A stretch of DNA of 64,000 nt from Eledone cirrhosa (GCA_964016885.1 OZ024743.1:157914001-157978000); one strand, 5' to 3'; numbered from the stretch's first letter, positions 14,400 through 27,195 are shown. Notes: a model not told the origin generated them from the sequence alone. A program made the numbers and translations.

Positions 14400-14818
14400 A
14401 TGGTTCTTACTGTCTTCTATCTTGCTATCCTTCTTCCTTTCTTACTTTTATTCATTCGATTCATTGTTTTTCTTTCTATTTTGTTTGCGATCATTCTCTG
14501 TCTGTTCCTTCATTCTTTCCTGTTTTTATTGCTTTCAGTTATTTATTCTTTCTTTCGTTTATTCATTCTTTCTTTCTATTTTGTTTATTTTTGCTCTTTA
14601 TTCGTTCCTTCCTCCGTTATTTTCTTCTTGTCCTTCTTTTGCTCTATTTTTTCGTTTTCTTCTGCTGGTTTTCATTCTTTGTCCATTTCCCCGTTCCCTC
14701 ATACTTTTCTTTATTTTATTCACTCTTTCTATTTTCCTTCCTTTTTCCTTCATTGTTTATCCCTTATTTCTTTTGTTTGTTTCTTTCTTTCTTCTTATTT
14801 TACATTTTTCGTTCTCTC

Positions 14819-14900
<82 letters not shown>

Positions 14901-15110
14901 CGTTCACTCCTTCATTCTTTCCTCCTTTTCTTTCTTTTTTACGTTCTTTCCTTCGCTTTCTTCCTCCTTTCTCTCTCTCTCTCTCTCTCTTCGTCTCCTT
15001 CTCTCCTTCCCTCTCTCCTTCTCTCTCTCATTCTCTCTCTCCTAACTTCTTTCATATTCTCCTCTCCTCCCACACTCACTCATCAACTTTCCTTCGTTTC
15101 TTCATCTCCA
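14400..15110. repeat. Polypyrimidine low-complexity tract with a (CT)n core at 14813-14896
   Basis: Direct reading; explains the spurious F/L/S-rich ORFs. Confidence 0.9.
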
Positions 15111-15186
15111 CAACAACATCTTTAGTGATTTAACATTGGTGTTTACGTGAGACAGAGAGATAAATAGATCGTAATCATCACTATTA

Positions 15187-15350
15187 CAATAATTGTTTCT
15201 ACTTTAGGCACAAGGCCAGCAAATTACCCAGTACATTACTGGTACTTTATTTTATCGACCCCGTAAGGATGAAAGGCAAAGTTAACCTCGGCGGGATTTG
15301 AACTCAGACTGTAAAGGGACGTAACTATGCTAGAAAGCATGGCGTCCAAA
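15187..15350 (-). mobile_element. SINE family A, slightly 5'-truncated
   Basis: Reverse-complement match to the family. Confidence 0.9.
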
Positions 15351-15509
15351 ATCGCAACTAATACCACAAACATTTTTATAATCCTGCTTCTTTTTCTCTA
15401 CTTCCTCTTCCATTTCTTTCTCATTATCATAAACGACATAATGACGACCACTGTCACCACCATCATCATCACCATCACCATCATCATCATCATCAATTGA
15501 ACCAATGAC

Positions 15510-15690
15510 CGAGCTTCGAAAGGATCGTTTAACCTGCTAGAAATAGCGGAAGAATCTTCTTCAAAAGACACATTTAACGTCTTGAAAAAAGTGGGGCTAC
15601 TTTGTATAATCTAAGTTTTACACACCTTTAAAGAGATAAGATGGTTATGGCTTGAATTAATCTTTTTTATCATAGGTATTGTTGAACCAA
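15510..15690 (+). mobile_element. Old repeat, family B
   Basis: CCTGCTAGAAATAGC...GATGGTTATGGCT; similar to 9020-9215. Confidence 0.5.
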
Positions 15691-15698
15691 GCAATAAT

Positions 15699-15846
15699 TG
15701 TTTCTACTTTTGGCACAAGGCCAGCAATTACCCAGTGTATTACTGGTACTTTATTTTATCGACCCGGTAAGGATGAAAGGCAAAGTTAACCTTGGCGGGA
15801 TTTGAACTCAGAATGGCAAGGGCCGTAACTCTATGCGTCAAAGCAT
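15699..15846 (-). mobile_element. SINE family A, 5'-truncated, with an 18-bp TSD
   Basis: TSD GTTGAACCAAGCAATAAT at 15681-15698 and 15865-15882. Confidence 0.9.
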
Positions 15847-15982
15847 AGAACCAAGTTGAACCAAGTTGAACCAAGCAATAATAATAGCAACTACTACTAC
15901 TACTGCAACAGCGACAGCGATAAGAATGACGTTTAAAGCAACAATTCGGTAGGGAAAACCAAAAGAAATGGTCACAGCAACG

Positions 15983-16170
15983 AGAGGGCCTCTACGTAGT
16001 CACTTGAGTTGCAAAAAATAGCAACTAAATCTCCTTCAAATCGTATTATTCAGTCTTAGAAGAGGACACAGGTTAGATTATATTCATTTTAGACTCCCCG
16101 CGCATATAAAAAGATAGATAGTCATGACTGTACCTGTTTCCCAATAGCACTATATAATGACCTGACTTTC
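15983..16170 (+). mobile_element. Old repeat, family B
   Basis: GGCCTCTACGTAGTCACTTGA..TGC.AAAATAGC..CTAAATCTCC; similar to the other family-B copies. Confidence 0.5.
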
Positions 16171-16329
16171 ATTAGAAATTGCCTAAATACAAAGAACTTT
16201 AAAAAAATAGAATAGGCTGAGTTTTTTTGTTAGAAATGTGGTATATGCAAATCCAAAGAGAAATACAATAGATTTAACGAAGAAAATTACATATCAACCA
16301 ACTTTAGAACACACTATATTCCTAGAAAA

Positions 16330-16700
16330 ATAACACATAATCCACATTACAGGTACAATATGTCCGAACACGGTAGAGCCGAACTCCCGCTGTCATCGCC
16401 TCCATCTCTCTCGCCCTCCCCATCTCTCTGTATTGTGAGCAAATGGGGTTCCACGTGCTGGCCGCCCCACAGCCCCAGCAGACAGAATGGAGAAGGCGAT
16501 TCCCCGGAGGATGGTAAGGGAGATGAGCTGGAAGAACCATTCCATCTCGCGAGGCTCATACCTGCGACAGGTTAGCTCAGTGCCTGTGGTGGTGAGTAGG
16601 GAGGTAGCCATAGGGCCAAGGACTCCAGAAGTCCCCACTGCCAAGGGCATCACCGTAAACCTGTCGGAGAGCGTCTGTTCAATTGGGGATAACTTGGAGC
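16330..16700 (-). mobile_element. CRE-like (RLE-bearing) non-LTR retrotransposon, 3' fragment
   Basis: ORF 16393-16722 reads FTVMPLAVGTSGVLGP...EPREMEWFFQLISLTILRGIAFSIL. This resembles the recalled CRE-clade C-terminus F.P.AVETLG.WGP...DPRE..FL.QRLS.A.QRGNA.SIL. Confidence 0.6.
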
Positions 16701-16911
16701 TAAGCAATAACACTAACAGCAACTACTACTACAACAATGTCAACAGCTGAACACACTTACTCTGTTACTAAATAGCTAACGTGAACATATATAGCAGTGT
16801 TTTTCAACTGTTAAAGTCATTATTTTTATTTTTTAATATTTTGAATCAAGACTTTTGCTCGACAGAAACCCTTCTTCTACACCTCGCCATCATCCTCACC
16901 GTCATTATCAT

Positions 16912-17098
16912 CGGTGGATTGGCAGTATCGGTAGAGGGTCGGACGCCATGCTTTCAAGCATAGTTACGTCCCTTTACGATCTGAGTTCAAATCCCGCCGA
17001 GGTTGACTTTGCCTTTCATCCTTACGGGGTCGATAAAATAAAGTACCAGTAATGCACTGGGTAATTGCTGGCCTTGTGCCTAAAGTAGAAACAATTAT
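16912..17098 (+). mobile_element. SINE family A
   Basis: Full-length match, followed by an (ATC)-rich tract. Confidence 0.9.
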
Positions 17099-18969
17099 CA
17101 TCATCATCCCTATCATCAGCTTCATTATCGTCCATATAATCGTCATCATTATCATCATCTTAAGTATCATCATGATCATCTTCATCAGTATCACCATTTT
17201 CAAATCCGTGATCTTCAATAAAAGCAGCTACAAGAAGTGATATAGCCGAAATCAATAAAGCCAAAGCAATGACAACCGCTGACGAATGCTTCACTGACCA
17301 TCAACTTATCGTATCACATCTATATTATGAGATTCAGACGTAAACCAAGAAGTCATAAAGAAAACAACAATAATAGCAGCAGCACTTACCCAGCTTGACC
17401 TTGACCCTATTTCCAGTATTTCAACGGAAAAGTGAATCCTTTATTCCTTTCCTCAACTCGCACACTTAGGAGATATAAGTAAACATATCCACATACACAA
17501 ATATAATTACATCAATCATACACACACTCTCTCTCTCGCGCACACACACATACATACACACACATACACACATACACACACACACACGCACACTCGCAAG
17601 CACAATACGCACACAATTACACGTTAACGCAAATATAGGAATAATATTGGTGTGCATGCGTGCGCCTGGTCGAATCCTTGTCTTCGTTGATTCTATCTAC
17701 AGGAAAATCAGCTTTTGAATGTAGGGTGTTCTATTTGATATAGAATTTATCTGACACCATGTGGCCTATGTACTGATTATTCAAATGTGATGACGTCATT
17801 GGATTACGTGACGGTATGATTGCTAAAACGAGCTCATTCGATGACATAACTGTTAACCAATCACCACACTATATCGTAGAGTACAAAACTACCTGATTAA
17901 TGTTGTTTTCAACACCTCATTGGCTAGTTTTCGATCAGTCACAGACTATAGGAATTTTTGGTGTCACATTTAAGAAATTAATGTGTTGTAGATTTTACAT
18001 AATAATAAATAAGATGCTATATATATATATATTTCTTTTTATTTACACAGCACGTGGTTTGAAAGCACATTTAACAAAATTACAAAAACTCAGTACATCA
18101 AGTTTACATCTTAATTTATGATAAACATCTAATGGTGTTGTTTATAAAATGTTGTTATGAAAATGTTTAAGCATAGTTTTTATTAAAGTAGATTATTGGC
18201 GAAGAGTAATACCACATGTTTCATGTAATTTTAAAATGTGTGTGATAAAAACAAGGAAATAACGAATAGTAAAAAAGAGAAGTGGGTCCGAATGAATACT
18301 CAGTAGCCTCTGACAACTGGCGGATTTACTGACGGTACTATCGAGATAGTTGGGTATTAGCGGTTTGGGATAAGCTCTACAACGATAAAAGTGATATTAG
18401 TTGCACCTGTCTGAGATTCTTGGGACCATTCTCCCCGAATACGTTCATTGTCCGAAATTGTTAACCGGTGACGCTATGTTAAACGGCTATTACTATATGT
18501 AAGACGTCCCCTCAATAAATCACAATACCACCATTTTTATACAAGCAGCGTCAGACAGTATCCTCTCACTAGTGGACAAAAGAGGTTATATGTTTGAAGT
18601 GCTTAAAAGGACTGAGAACAGGACTCTATCTCTCTATCCAAGCTATCATTAACTTTCCCAGGTTCTACTTGTGGCAGAGTTTGAGAGAAGATATTAAGGT
18701 TCTATTGCCAATCAAATTCGAGAGAAGATGGTTCAAGAAATAAAATTGGTATGTATAAAATAGGCAGTCATAAGATTTTGCTTGAGAGTTGTATTAGAGA
18801 GAGGGCAACTGTGTGAAACACAAGGTTATTGTCGGAATTTGTGGCTGCTCTGATTTCCACTAGGCGGTGATTCACACCCTTTTTTGAACGACTTTTCTGT
18901 TATTTACAGCTATGATTTGTTTAAGACTTTATGTTACATTAGGTTTTCAAATCCCTCTTTATTATTATG

Positions 18970-19175
18970 TAGATTGGCAGTATCAGTAGAGGGTCGGACG
19001 CCATGCTTTGCAGCAGAGAGTTACGGCACTTTACGGTTTGACTTCAAATCTTGCTGAGGTTAACTTTGCTTTTCATCCTTACGGGGTCGATAAAATAAAG
19101 TACCAGTCATGCACTGGGGTCGATTTAATCGACTGTTCCCTCCCCCGATAGTGCTGAGAAATCATTATTATTATT
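18970..19175 (+). mobile_element. SINE family A, long variant with an extra GGGGTCGATTTAATCGACT...CCC segment
   Basis: Same head and core as the family but a different 3' third; its ATT tail abuts an R4 tail. Confidence 0.85.
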
Positions 19176-19799
19176 GTTCTTTGAGTCTCAGTCATTGATG
19201 TTATTTAACTGGAAAGTTTGTTGAAATGAATACCAAGCCGCTACCTGCAGCCTCAAATATTCAGGACGTATCGGAGGGTTCTTGCTGTTCCCAGCAAGCA
19301 TGCCTTTTGAACTGTTCCCAAAAAGCGGGGCTGGACTAATCTTCTTTAACCATCCTTGGAAACTCTTTGAGATAGTACCTAGTGCGCCTATGACAATCAG
19401 GACGACCTTGATTTCATGGCAGTCCCAAATCCTTTTTACCTCCCACTTTAAACCCTGGTATCGGTTAATTTTCTCCCTCTCCTTTTCTTGCACTCTCGTG
19501 TCAAATGGGCAGGCTACATCTACAATCAAGCACCATCTTCTTTCCTTGTCCAAAACCACCAGGTCAGGCCTATTGTGTTCTAATTTCTTGTCCGTCTGTA
19601 TCCTAAAATCTCATTTGCACCTTCACCTGATTGTTTTCTATAACGGACTCTGGCTTATGCTCATACCACTTCTCAGAATGTGGTAAATTGTTTACTTTGC
19701 ATAGATCCCAGTGGATCACCCTCCCTATCACATCATGTCTCCAGCCTTTATAGTGGGTCTGGGCTAGGTGTTTACACTTGGATACAATGTGAGCCACAG

Positions 19800-19840
<41 letters not shown>

Positions 19841-20075
19841 CAGATCCTACACAGTGAGCTAGCCTCCTCCTTATCAATATGGTGTTTCACCCACTTCGTT
19901 CTGAGGGCTTGCTCTTGCGCAGCCATTAGCATTCCTTCTGTAGCTTTTTTAAGGACTCCTCTTTTTAACCAGTTACATGTCTGTGGATCTCTAAATTCCG
20001 TTTTCTTAAAGAAGGTACTATGAAGGGATTTTTCATGAAGGTTGCTCTTCCTTCTTGGACATCCCCTGGGCTATT
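19176..20075 (-). mobile_element. R4/Dong LINE 3' fragment (same family as the 42-52 kb copies)
   Basis: Motifs AAQEQAL, CRICG..ETVAHIVSKC, RHD and IVDVACPFD..KI.RY. A (GA)n expansion sits inside the knuckle (19800-19837). Confidence 0.9.
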
Positions 20076-20079
20076 GTCT

Positions 20080-20454
20080 TGTAGTGACCTACATTCCGCG
20101 GGCTCACATACATTCTCTGTGCATGATTTGGCTCAGTTCAGCCAATCAGCGCCAGTAGAAGAGGATGTATCCCTACGCGCCCTGAGGGAGAAATTACCTG
20201 AAAAGATTTGAAGAATCTCTCTCGCACCAGGAACTTCGAACTAGCAACACGTACAATGTGACGGTGAGATTTTTCACCCTAGCCTGCCGGCTTTCCGGCG
20301 CAATGGCACATTCCCTTTTGTAACCTCATTTTTATGTGTAACTTCAACCATGCAAGTTAATCAACATTATTTGTGCTACAACAAAAATAAACATACATTT
20401 CATCTCTAATTTCTGCTGTTGAAATCATTATTATGTTGTTCGTGTCTCAATGAC
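20080..20454 (+). mobile_element. Possible solo LTR
   Basis: TGTAGTGAC...CAATGACA termini and AATAAA near 20385; abuts the truncated R4 end. No TSD seen. Confidence 0.3.
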
Positions 20455-20722
20455 ATATATAATCCATGCTGCTAGAATTGATGACCTGACGTGAGGAATA
20501 TTGTAAATACAAAGATGGTAAATAGGCGAGGGACATTCCCTCACGTCTATGTCGATAAGCAATCCAAATAGGATACTTCATTTTACCACACTGGCGACCA
20601 CGACTTCATTTTACCACACTGGTGACCGACATAAGAATTTTACGCAGCCTTTTTATTCAGTGCAATTTACGAAAATAAAAAATATTCCTTTTAAAATTTT
20701 AAAAAAATTAGCAGTATTTCAA

Positions 20723-20922
20723 NNNNNNNNNNNNNNNNNNNNNNNNNNNNNNNNNNNNNNNNNNNNNNNNNNNNNNNNNNNNNNNNNNNNNNNNNNNNNN
20801 NNNNNNNNNNNNNNNNNNNNNNNNNNNNNNNNNNNNNNNNNNNNNNNNNNNNNNNNNNNNNNNNNNNNNNNNNNNNNNNNNNNNNNNNNNNNNNNNNNNN
20901 NNNNNNNNNNNNNNNNNNNNNN
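20723..20922. other. Assembly gap (200 N)
   Basis: Run of N. Confidence 1.
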
Positions 20923-20972
20923 CAACATAACATGGCGTCTGATTCTCTACCGATACTGCCAATCCACCGCCG
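20923..20972 (-). mobile_element. SINE family A head, cut by the gap
   Basis: Reverse complement reads GGCGGTGGATTGGCAGTATCGGTAGAG. Confidence 0.8.
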
Positions 20973-21741
20973 TTTACTGCTAATGAACTTTCTGGTTGAA
21001 ATAGACATTTCAAGTATCTTCAACATATGTCTCATGCTATATGTAGGAAAAGTAACTTTTAAAGCGTAGTTTAGTATTCAATAAAAATATTGTGCTTAAA
21101 TATTCATGATCCTTTGTTTAAGATTGCGTACCTTTATAATGGATGCTATATGCCCTACTGTAACTTAATTCCACACCAAAATCAGCACTGTTTCGTCAAA
21201 ATAAATTGATATCTACTCCATAAGCTTCCTCTGCATTCATCATTTCTCTCTGCATTGCAAATTACATCGGTTTAATCGAAAAACAAAATTCATGACTGAA
21301 AGCAGTTAGTAGCGAAAAGAAAGATATTTACGTCATCGGCAATTATATTTGCATAAACACAAAAGACAATGGGAGTCTGTCTCTTATTAACGTATTTGTT
21401 GTAATCATCCTCATACTCATTATTAGTGTTATTGTTTTTGTTATTATTGTTAATGTTGCTATTGTTATTGCTGTTGTTGCTCTTGTCCTTGTTGGTAATA
21501 CTGGTAGTGGTGGTGATGTTGTTGTAGGTGGCGCTTTAGATTGACGTTTAATTGTGTTCTATTCAAATATGTAATTACATTGGTATTGCTATTGAACAAA
21601 ACATGTTAATCGCAACACAAATTTCCCGCAACAATAATTGCCAAACTATTTAAAATGAGGAAATTCTATTTATTTCTTCACATCACTGTACATTATTATT
21701 ATCATTTTCATCATCATCGTCGTCATCATTATCAACATTCT

Positions 21742-21893
21742 GAAGAAGAAGAAGAAGAAGAAGAAGAAGAAGAAGAAGAGAAGAAGAAGAAGAGAAGAAG
21801 AAGAAGAAGAAGAAGAAGAAGAAGAGAAGAAGAAGAAGAAGAAGAAGAAAGAAGAAGAAGAAGAAGAAGAAGAAGAAGAAGAAGAGAAGAAGA
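21742..21893. repeat. (GAA)n microsatellite
   Basis: Direct reading. Confidence 0.95.
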
Positions 21894-22057
21894 ATTGATG
21901 ATTTATTTTATTTTATAAATTCAAACACTTAAGAAAATAAGAACAAGACAGAAATATTTGTTACAGACATTGTGATCGTGATAGAATGGAATATGAAAAA
22001 CAAACATAAATTACATGGACAGACAATACAATTAAATCACCGCTCAAATATTCGTAC

Positions 22058-22090
22058 GTGTGTGTATGGAGTGTGACAGTGTGCGTGTGT

Positions 22091-22183
<93 letters not shown>
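22058..22183. repeat. (GT)n microsatellite
   Basis: Direct reading. Confidence 0.95.
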
Positions 22184-22185
<2 letters not shown>

Positions 22186-24246
22186 AGCGATGGAGCTACA
22201 GGTATTCTGATGTCTATACATATAGTTTGTTTTCATGATCTACATGTATGTATGGTCTTCTGGTTTTTATAATTTCACAAGTCTTTACCAATAGAGAGAG
22301 AGTCGGTTTCTAACATAGACACAAGACTCTCTCATTGGAATTTACACAACATAAATCAGGTAGATATGTATGTATGCATGTGTAGATATGGATGTTATTG
22401 TATGTGTGTATGTGTATGTTTTGAGTTGTATGTGTGCATGTGTATATGCTTTGTATCTGTACATGTATATCTGCAGTTATTACATATTTTTACTGTTCCA
22501 TTAATGGATTGTACTTGTAGTTTCCTAACTAGTTGTGTTCTTTCTGTTCCTGTGAAGCCCAGCTTCTCATGATTTGTATTGAGGTAGTTACTAACATACC
22601 CCAGTGCCCCAATAATCACAGGCATAAATCTGAAGGTATAATCAGGGTGGAGTATCTGCAGATTTCTCATCAGTTCTGCATAAATATTCTCCTTTTTGCT
22701 AATCTTTGATATTATATTGGCATCTGCTGGACAGCTAACCTCCACTGCTGTGCATGCCTTCTTTTCCCTGTCCCTTATCATAATATCTGGTCTGTTCTGC
22801 CTGCATTTTATTGGGGATTTTACTGGAACATTCCATCAGTACTCTTTCATATTATGTATATGTATGTCTTCTACATTGCTGTAGCTTTTAATGTGTTTAT
22901 TGTCGGGGCTATCGTTTCTACGGATTGCAATGTACAGTGTTTTGGCCACTACATCATGCCTCATAGGTAGATAGTACCGCGATGACATCTTTGGACAGCT
23001 GCTTATGACATGGGTGACATCTTCGATGTTAATTCTGCAGAGTCTGCACTTGTTATCACATCTAGGTATTTTGCCTGCATCCCTATCTCTTTAGTGAATC
23101 AGGTATTTTGTGTTGATTTCCTGTTCTTGGATTGCAAAAGCATATCCTTCAAAGTGGGAGCCGATATAGCGGTTGTTGGTCCAAGATAGACTACTTTCCT
23201 TATCTATATTACGCTCCCTTTGGAGCTTCCTGGCAACATATCCAATCATGATTTTTTGCTGATAAGCATGCAGTTTTTCATCTATGGAGTCACTGCGATA
23301 CTGCTGAGCGACTTCCCTGGGTGTGAGTTTTTGATTATCACACAGGGAATATCTCCCGAGGAGTTACTTCCCAACTCTCATGATCTTATCTGTTTCATGC
23401 AGGTAGACTTGCTCGAGAGACGGGTTCGTACGCTTCGAGGTTCGTAGATGTTGTCGGGGGGATATGATGCGACATTCAAATGCTGTCTCGACTGATGTTA
23501 CGTTTCAAGTAAAGGCGGTCTATGTCACTGTTGATGTGGAGGTTTCCGGTGTTGTTTAGTATTTTTCGAGTTCCAACATCAACTGCTCGGATTTCGTCTA
23601 TCGTCCAATTGAGTATTCCAAACGTTGGTGTTAGGACAACCACAGCAAATACATTGTGAGCCACTGTTTTGTTTTGTGCAGAAGTTCCGATGACCATATC
23701 TTTCTTAATCCGGTGTAGTATTCCCTGGTTACACGTTCCTTATTACAGTTACTATTGTAGGATGTCATCATCTATCCCCAGGTATCTGTAGCAGTCCTCA
23801 TCAGATATCGGTGAAACAATTAGGCCATTGATGACAATGTTGCTAGATTGGGTTGTTGTTTTCCCCCGCTTTACAGTCATGTATGAGCATTTATCTTGGC
23901 CAAACTCCATTCCTATATCCTTTGAGAATGTTGTAAACGGGTCAAGATTTTTCTTCATCCCATCCATGTTCTTGGCATAGAGTTTCAGATCATCCACAAA
24001 GAGATTATGGGTTAGGTTCGTATTTCTGTCATCCTGTGAGCCAATGATGTATCCTTCACATTTCTTGAGCAGAAAGGACAAGGGGTTTAATGACAGGATG
24101 AATAATATCACAGAGAGACTGTCTCCCTGAAATATACCCCTGCGATATTTTATATTATCAGTGAAAATAGAGTCCTCCTTCTCTGTCTTTAACTTTTGGA
24201 TAGTAACCCAAGAAGAAGACAGCTTCTCTATGGCTCTGATAATAAT

Positions 24247-24429
24247 TGTTTCTACTTTTGACACAAGGCCAGCAATTACCCAGTGCATTACGGGTACTTT
24301 ATTTTATCGACTCCGTAAGGATGAAAGGCAAAGTTAACCTCGGCGGCATTTGAACTCAGAATGGCAAGGGACGTAACTCTATGCTTCAAAGCATGGTGTC
24401 CGACTATCTACCGATACTGCCAATCCACC
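24247..24429 (-). mobile_element. SINE family A inside the R4 RT region, with a 14-bp TSD
   Basis: TSD GCTCTGATAATAAT at 24233-24246 and 24430-24443. Confidence 0.92.
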
Positions 24430-25664
24430 GCTCTGATAATAATGAGTGGGAAACAGAATCGAAAGCTTTCCTGTAGTCCAGCCAGACTGTAGCCATATTC
24501 CTCCTAAGTTGTCGCACCTCCGACATCGCAGTTTTGTTAAATAGGAGTTGTTCAGCACATCCCTAAACCCCTTTCTTTCCAGCTGCTTGTTCATCTGTGA
24601 TGATGTTATTATTTTCACAGTGATCTTGGAGGAATAGGTTCAGGCAGGCTGTATACATCTTATACATCAGATTCTGGCATGCAATGGGTCGGTAGTTTTT
24701 TGCCAAGTGGGTGTTTTTGTTCTTGGGGACCAGTAATGTTTGTGCTAATGTCAACCATTCTGGTATAAGTGTATAAGTCCTTTAAGAACTTGTTGGTAGA
24801 GGTCAGTAAGATACCTCCGATAGAATATTAGTTTTTTGTACCAGTAGCCAACAATCATGTCTCTACCTGGTGTTTTCTTATCTTGGAGTTTTCCTATCAC
24901 CGTCTCAATTATTTCGTATGTTTTTGTTGTAGTGTAGGAGCAATAGTTCTTTTGGATTTCTTTTAGCCATACTGCATCGTGGTTGAAATTCTTCTTTTCA
25001 CCCCATATTTTTCTCCAAAAGGAATCTGTCTTTCAGGGATGGGGCCTCAGTGGCACTTATTATTTTGCCCTTCATAGACTGATGTTTGGTTTCGTCTGAA
25101 TCTTTTATTAAGCACTTTTCTTTCATCTACCTTCTTCAGATATCGGCGTTTTTCGCTCACAGCTCTCAATTCTTGTTTGAGGCTGATCAGCTTATATTGA
25201 AGAGTTCCGGTTCTACTGCTTTCAAACATCGTTTCTATTTTATTTTTCACCCTTTGTTGGTGAGAAGTTTTTTTTGTGTTTGTTTGCATGTAAGGAGCAT
25301 TGTTACATATCCTATGGGTTTTCGTGGGTCAGCAATCCTTTTTTCTATTTTAGTTATATATGATGGTATTTTTGGTAGTGTTTTATTCTTGCTAATATCT
25401 CTGCTATCACCAAGATAATGCTTCACTATCGTTGCTAAGGCATATAAACAGGCGTTGAATTTGCCAAAATGTTGGGATTTTTATCCGTCGTAAATATTCA
25501 TCCCCTATTTCGTCAATAATACGTAATATTTCATTATTTGGTTTTTTATTAAATATTGTTGTTTTAATACGTTCAGCAAGAGAAATGTTTATACATGAAT
25601 TAATTTCTCTCTGGAAGATTTCGTTGAGGGAAATTTTCAATTGTTTATATTTTTTATTATTATC

Positions 25665-26110
25665 ATTATCGATAGTATTTTCCACAATAGTCGAGGTAGA
25701 CTCGGATGGTACACGTGGTGTCAAATTTTTTCGATTATTATTATTATCGATAGTGTTTTCCCCAGCATTCGAGGTAGACTTAGATGGTACACGTGATGTT
25801 AAATTTCTTAGATTATTATTATTATTTCTTCGATTAGGGCGGTGGATTGGCAGTATCGGTAGAGGGTCTGACGCCATGCTTTGCAGCAAAGAGTTACGGC
25901 CCTTTGTAGTCTGAGTTCAAATCCCGCCGAGGTTAACTTTGCCTTTCATCCTTACGGGGTCGATAAAATAAAGTACCAGTAATGTATTGGGTAATTGCTG
26001 GCTTTGTGCCAAAAGTAGAAACAATTATTATTTCTTCTATTATTATTTTTATCGATAGTATTTTCCACAACAGTCGAGGTAGACTTAGATGGTACACATA
26101 GTGTCAAATT
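25665..26110. repeat. 78-bp coding tandem repeat (3 units) in the R4 ORF, split by a SINE
   Basis: TATCGATAGT..TTTCC...CGAGGTAGACT..GATGGTACAC at about 25665, 25743 and 26048. Confidence 0.8.
25837..26023 (+). mobile_element. SINE family A with a 19-bp TSD (1 mismatch)
   Basis: TSD ATTATTATTTCTTC(G/T)ATTA at 25818-25836 and 26024-26042. Confidence 0.92.
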
Positions 26111-26810
26111 TATTACAGGCATAGTTGTTTCAAGGCGCTGTTCGAGCTGGCTGCTAGGAAGTCTAGTAGCATGGCGACCTGTAGCGCGTGTTGTTGATGC
26201 CATGTTTGTTCTGGGGGGTTTACAATTAATAATATTTATTGTATTTTTACGTTCAACAAACGTCGCTTGTTGGTGTAATTGTTTCGTTGTGAAGTGATTT
26301 AGCTCTTGGTATATTTTGTCCTAGTGTAGCTTCATTCTGTTCATATAGCCAATGGAGGCATTGATTTTTGCCATTTTATAACAATTAAATAAATCATCAT
26401 TAAGTTCGCAATTCCAAGAGAAATGCGATTTATAATTTCGGTTTCTTCTGTAGCTACAACTGAATAAATTTTGTTTACCTTTCTCGTTTTTCTTCGGTAC
26501 TCCACTGATGTTGTTGTTGATGTTGTGTTCAGCCATGCTGTTTGTAGTAAATCCCTGTGAAATGAATTATGTATTTAGTCGGATATCTCTACGAATTCGA
26601 ATAAAAGGTGTCTTCAGTAGATATAGTTAGAAGAATATCCAGTTATTCAATATGACTGGTAGTTGTGGCATATTGTCGGAGATAGTATTCATCTTAAATT
26701 TAATGAATAGTCTCCCACACCAAAATATGCGACTGATCGCGTTGACTGACTATTGTATGTATGTATGTATGTTATGTATGTATGCATGTATGCATGTATG
26801 TATGTATGTT

Positions 26811-26843
<33 letters not shown>

Positions 26844-27095
26844 GAGAGAGAGAGAGGGGGTAGGTAGATATATTTATATGTATCTATATATTTACATGTA
26901 TTCATATACAAATACATATAAATGTATAGATGAATTATATATTTGTTTATATGTTAACTTATATATATTATATCATATATATTATATATACAATATTGTA
27001 TATGTACATGTTACATATATATCAGGTATATACCACAAACTGGTGAATCAATAGCATCTAAACGTTAGACACCAATACATTATATCGTTAAGCTA

Positions 27096-27195
27096 ACAGA
27101 ATTCTGATGAGCTTTTGATTCCAGAGTCGGGCCTGGTCGCTAGAGATCGAACCTTTTGCTGATCAATCGCGAAACGCGCGTCGCACCTGAATAAA
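27096..27195 (+). ncRNA. Type I hammerhead ribozyme-like motif (Penelope/retrozyme style)
   Basis: CTGATGA at 27104-27110; stem II GC..TTGATT / GATCAA..GC; GAAA at 27171; palindromic CGCGCG; cleavage triplet GTC; AATAAA downstream. Stem I is imperfect. Confidence 0.5.

Larger units (their letters stand above)
22470..26750 (-). mobile_element. R4-clade LINE (another subfamily), near full length, degenerate, with two SINE insertions
   Basis: ORF fragments carry NYRPIACQN, RRGIFQGDSLS, HNLFVDDLKLY, YRYLG, SDIDRLY and RLE VEVSCP...FMPVIIGALG. N-terminus MAEHN at 26536. Confidence 0.85.

Noticed and set aside
14361-15133. Long hydrophobic ORFs (180-254 aa)
   Set aside because: They are translations of a pyrimidine-rich/(CT)n tract and are open in all three frames.
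17052-17240. Recurrent peptide MHWVIAGLVPKVETIII (also at 24288 and 34528)
   Set aside because: It is the translated 3' end of SINE family A, not a gene family.
17785-17900. C/D box snoRNA (GTGATGA ... CTGA)
   Set aside because: No convincing terminal stem or recognisable rRNA antisense element.
18498-18938. Solo LTR (TGTAA...TTACA)
   Set aside because: Only short terminal matches; no TSD or second copy in the window.
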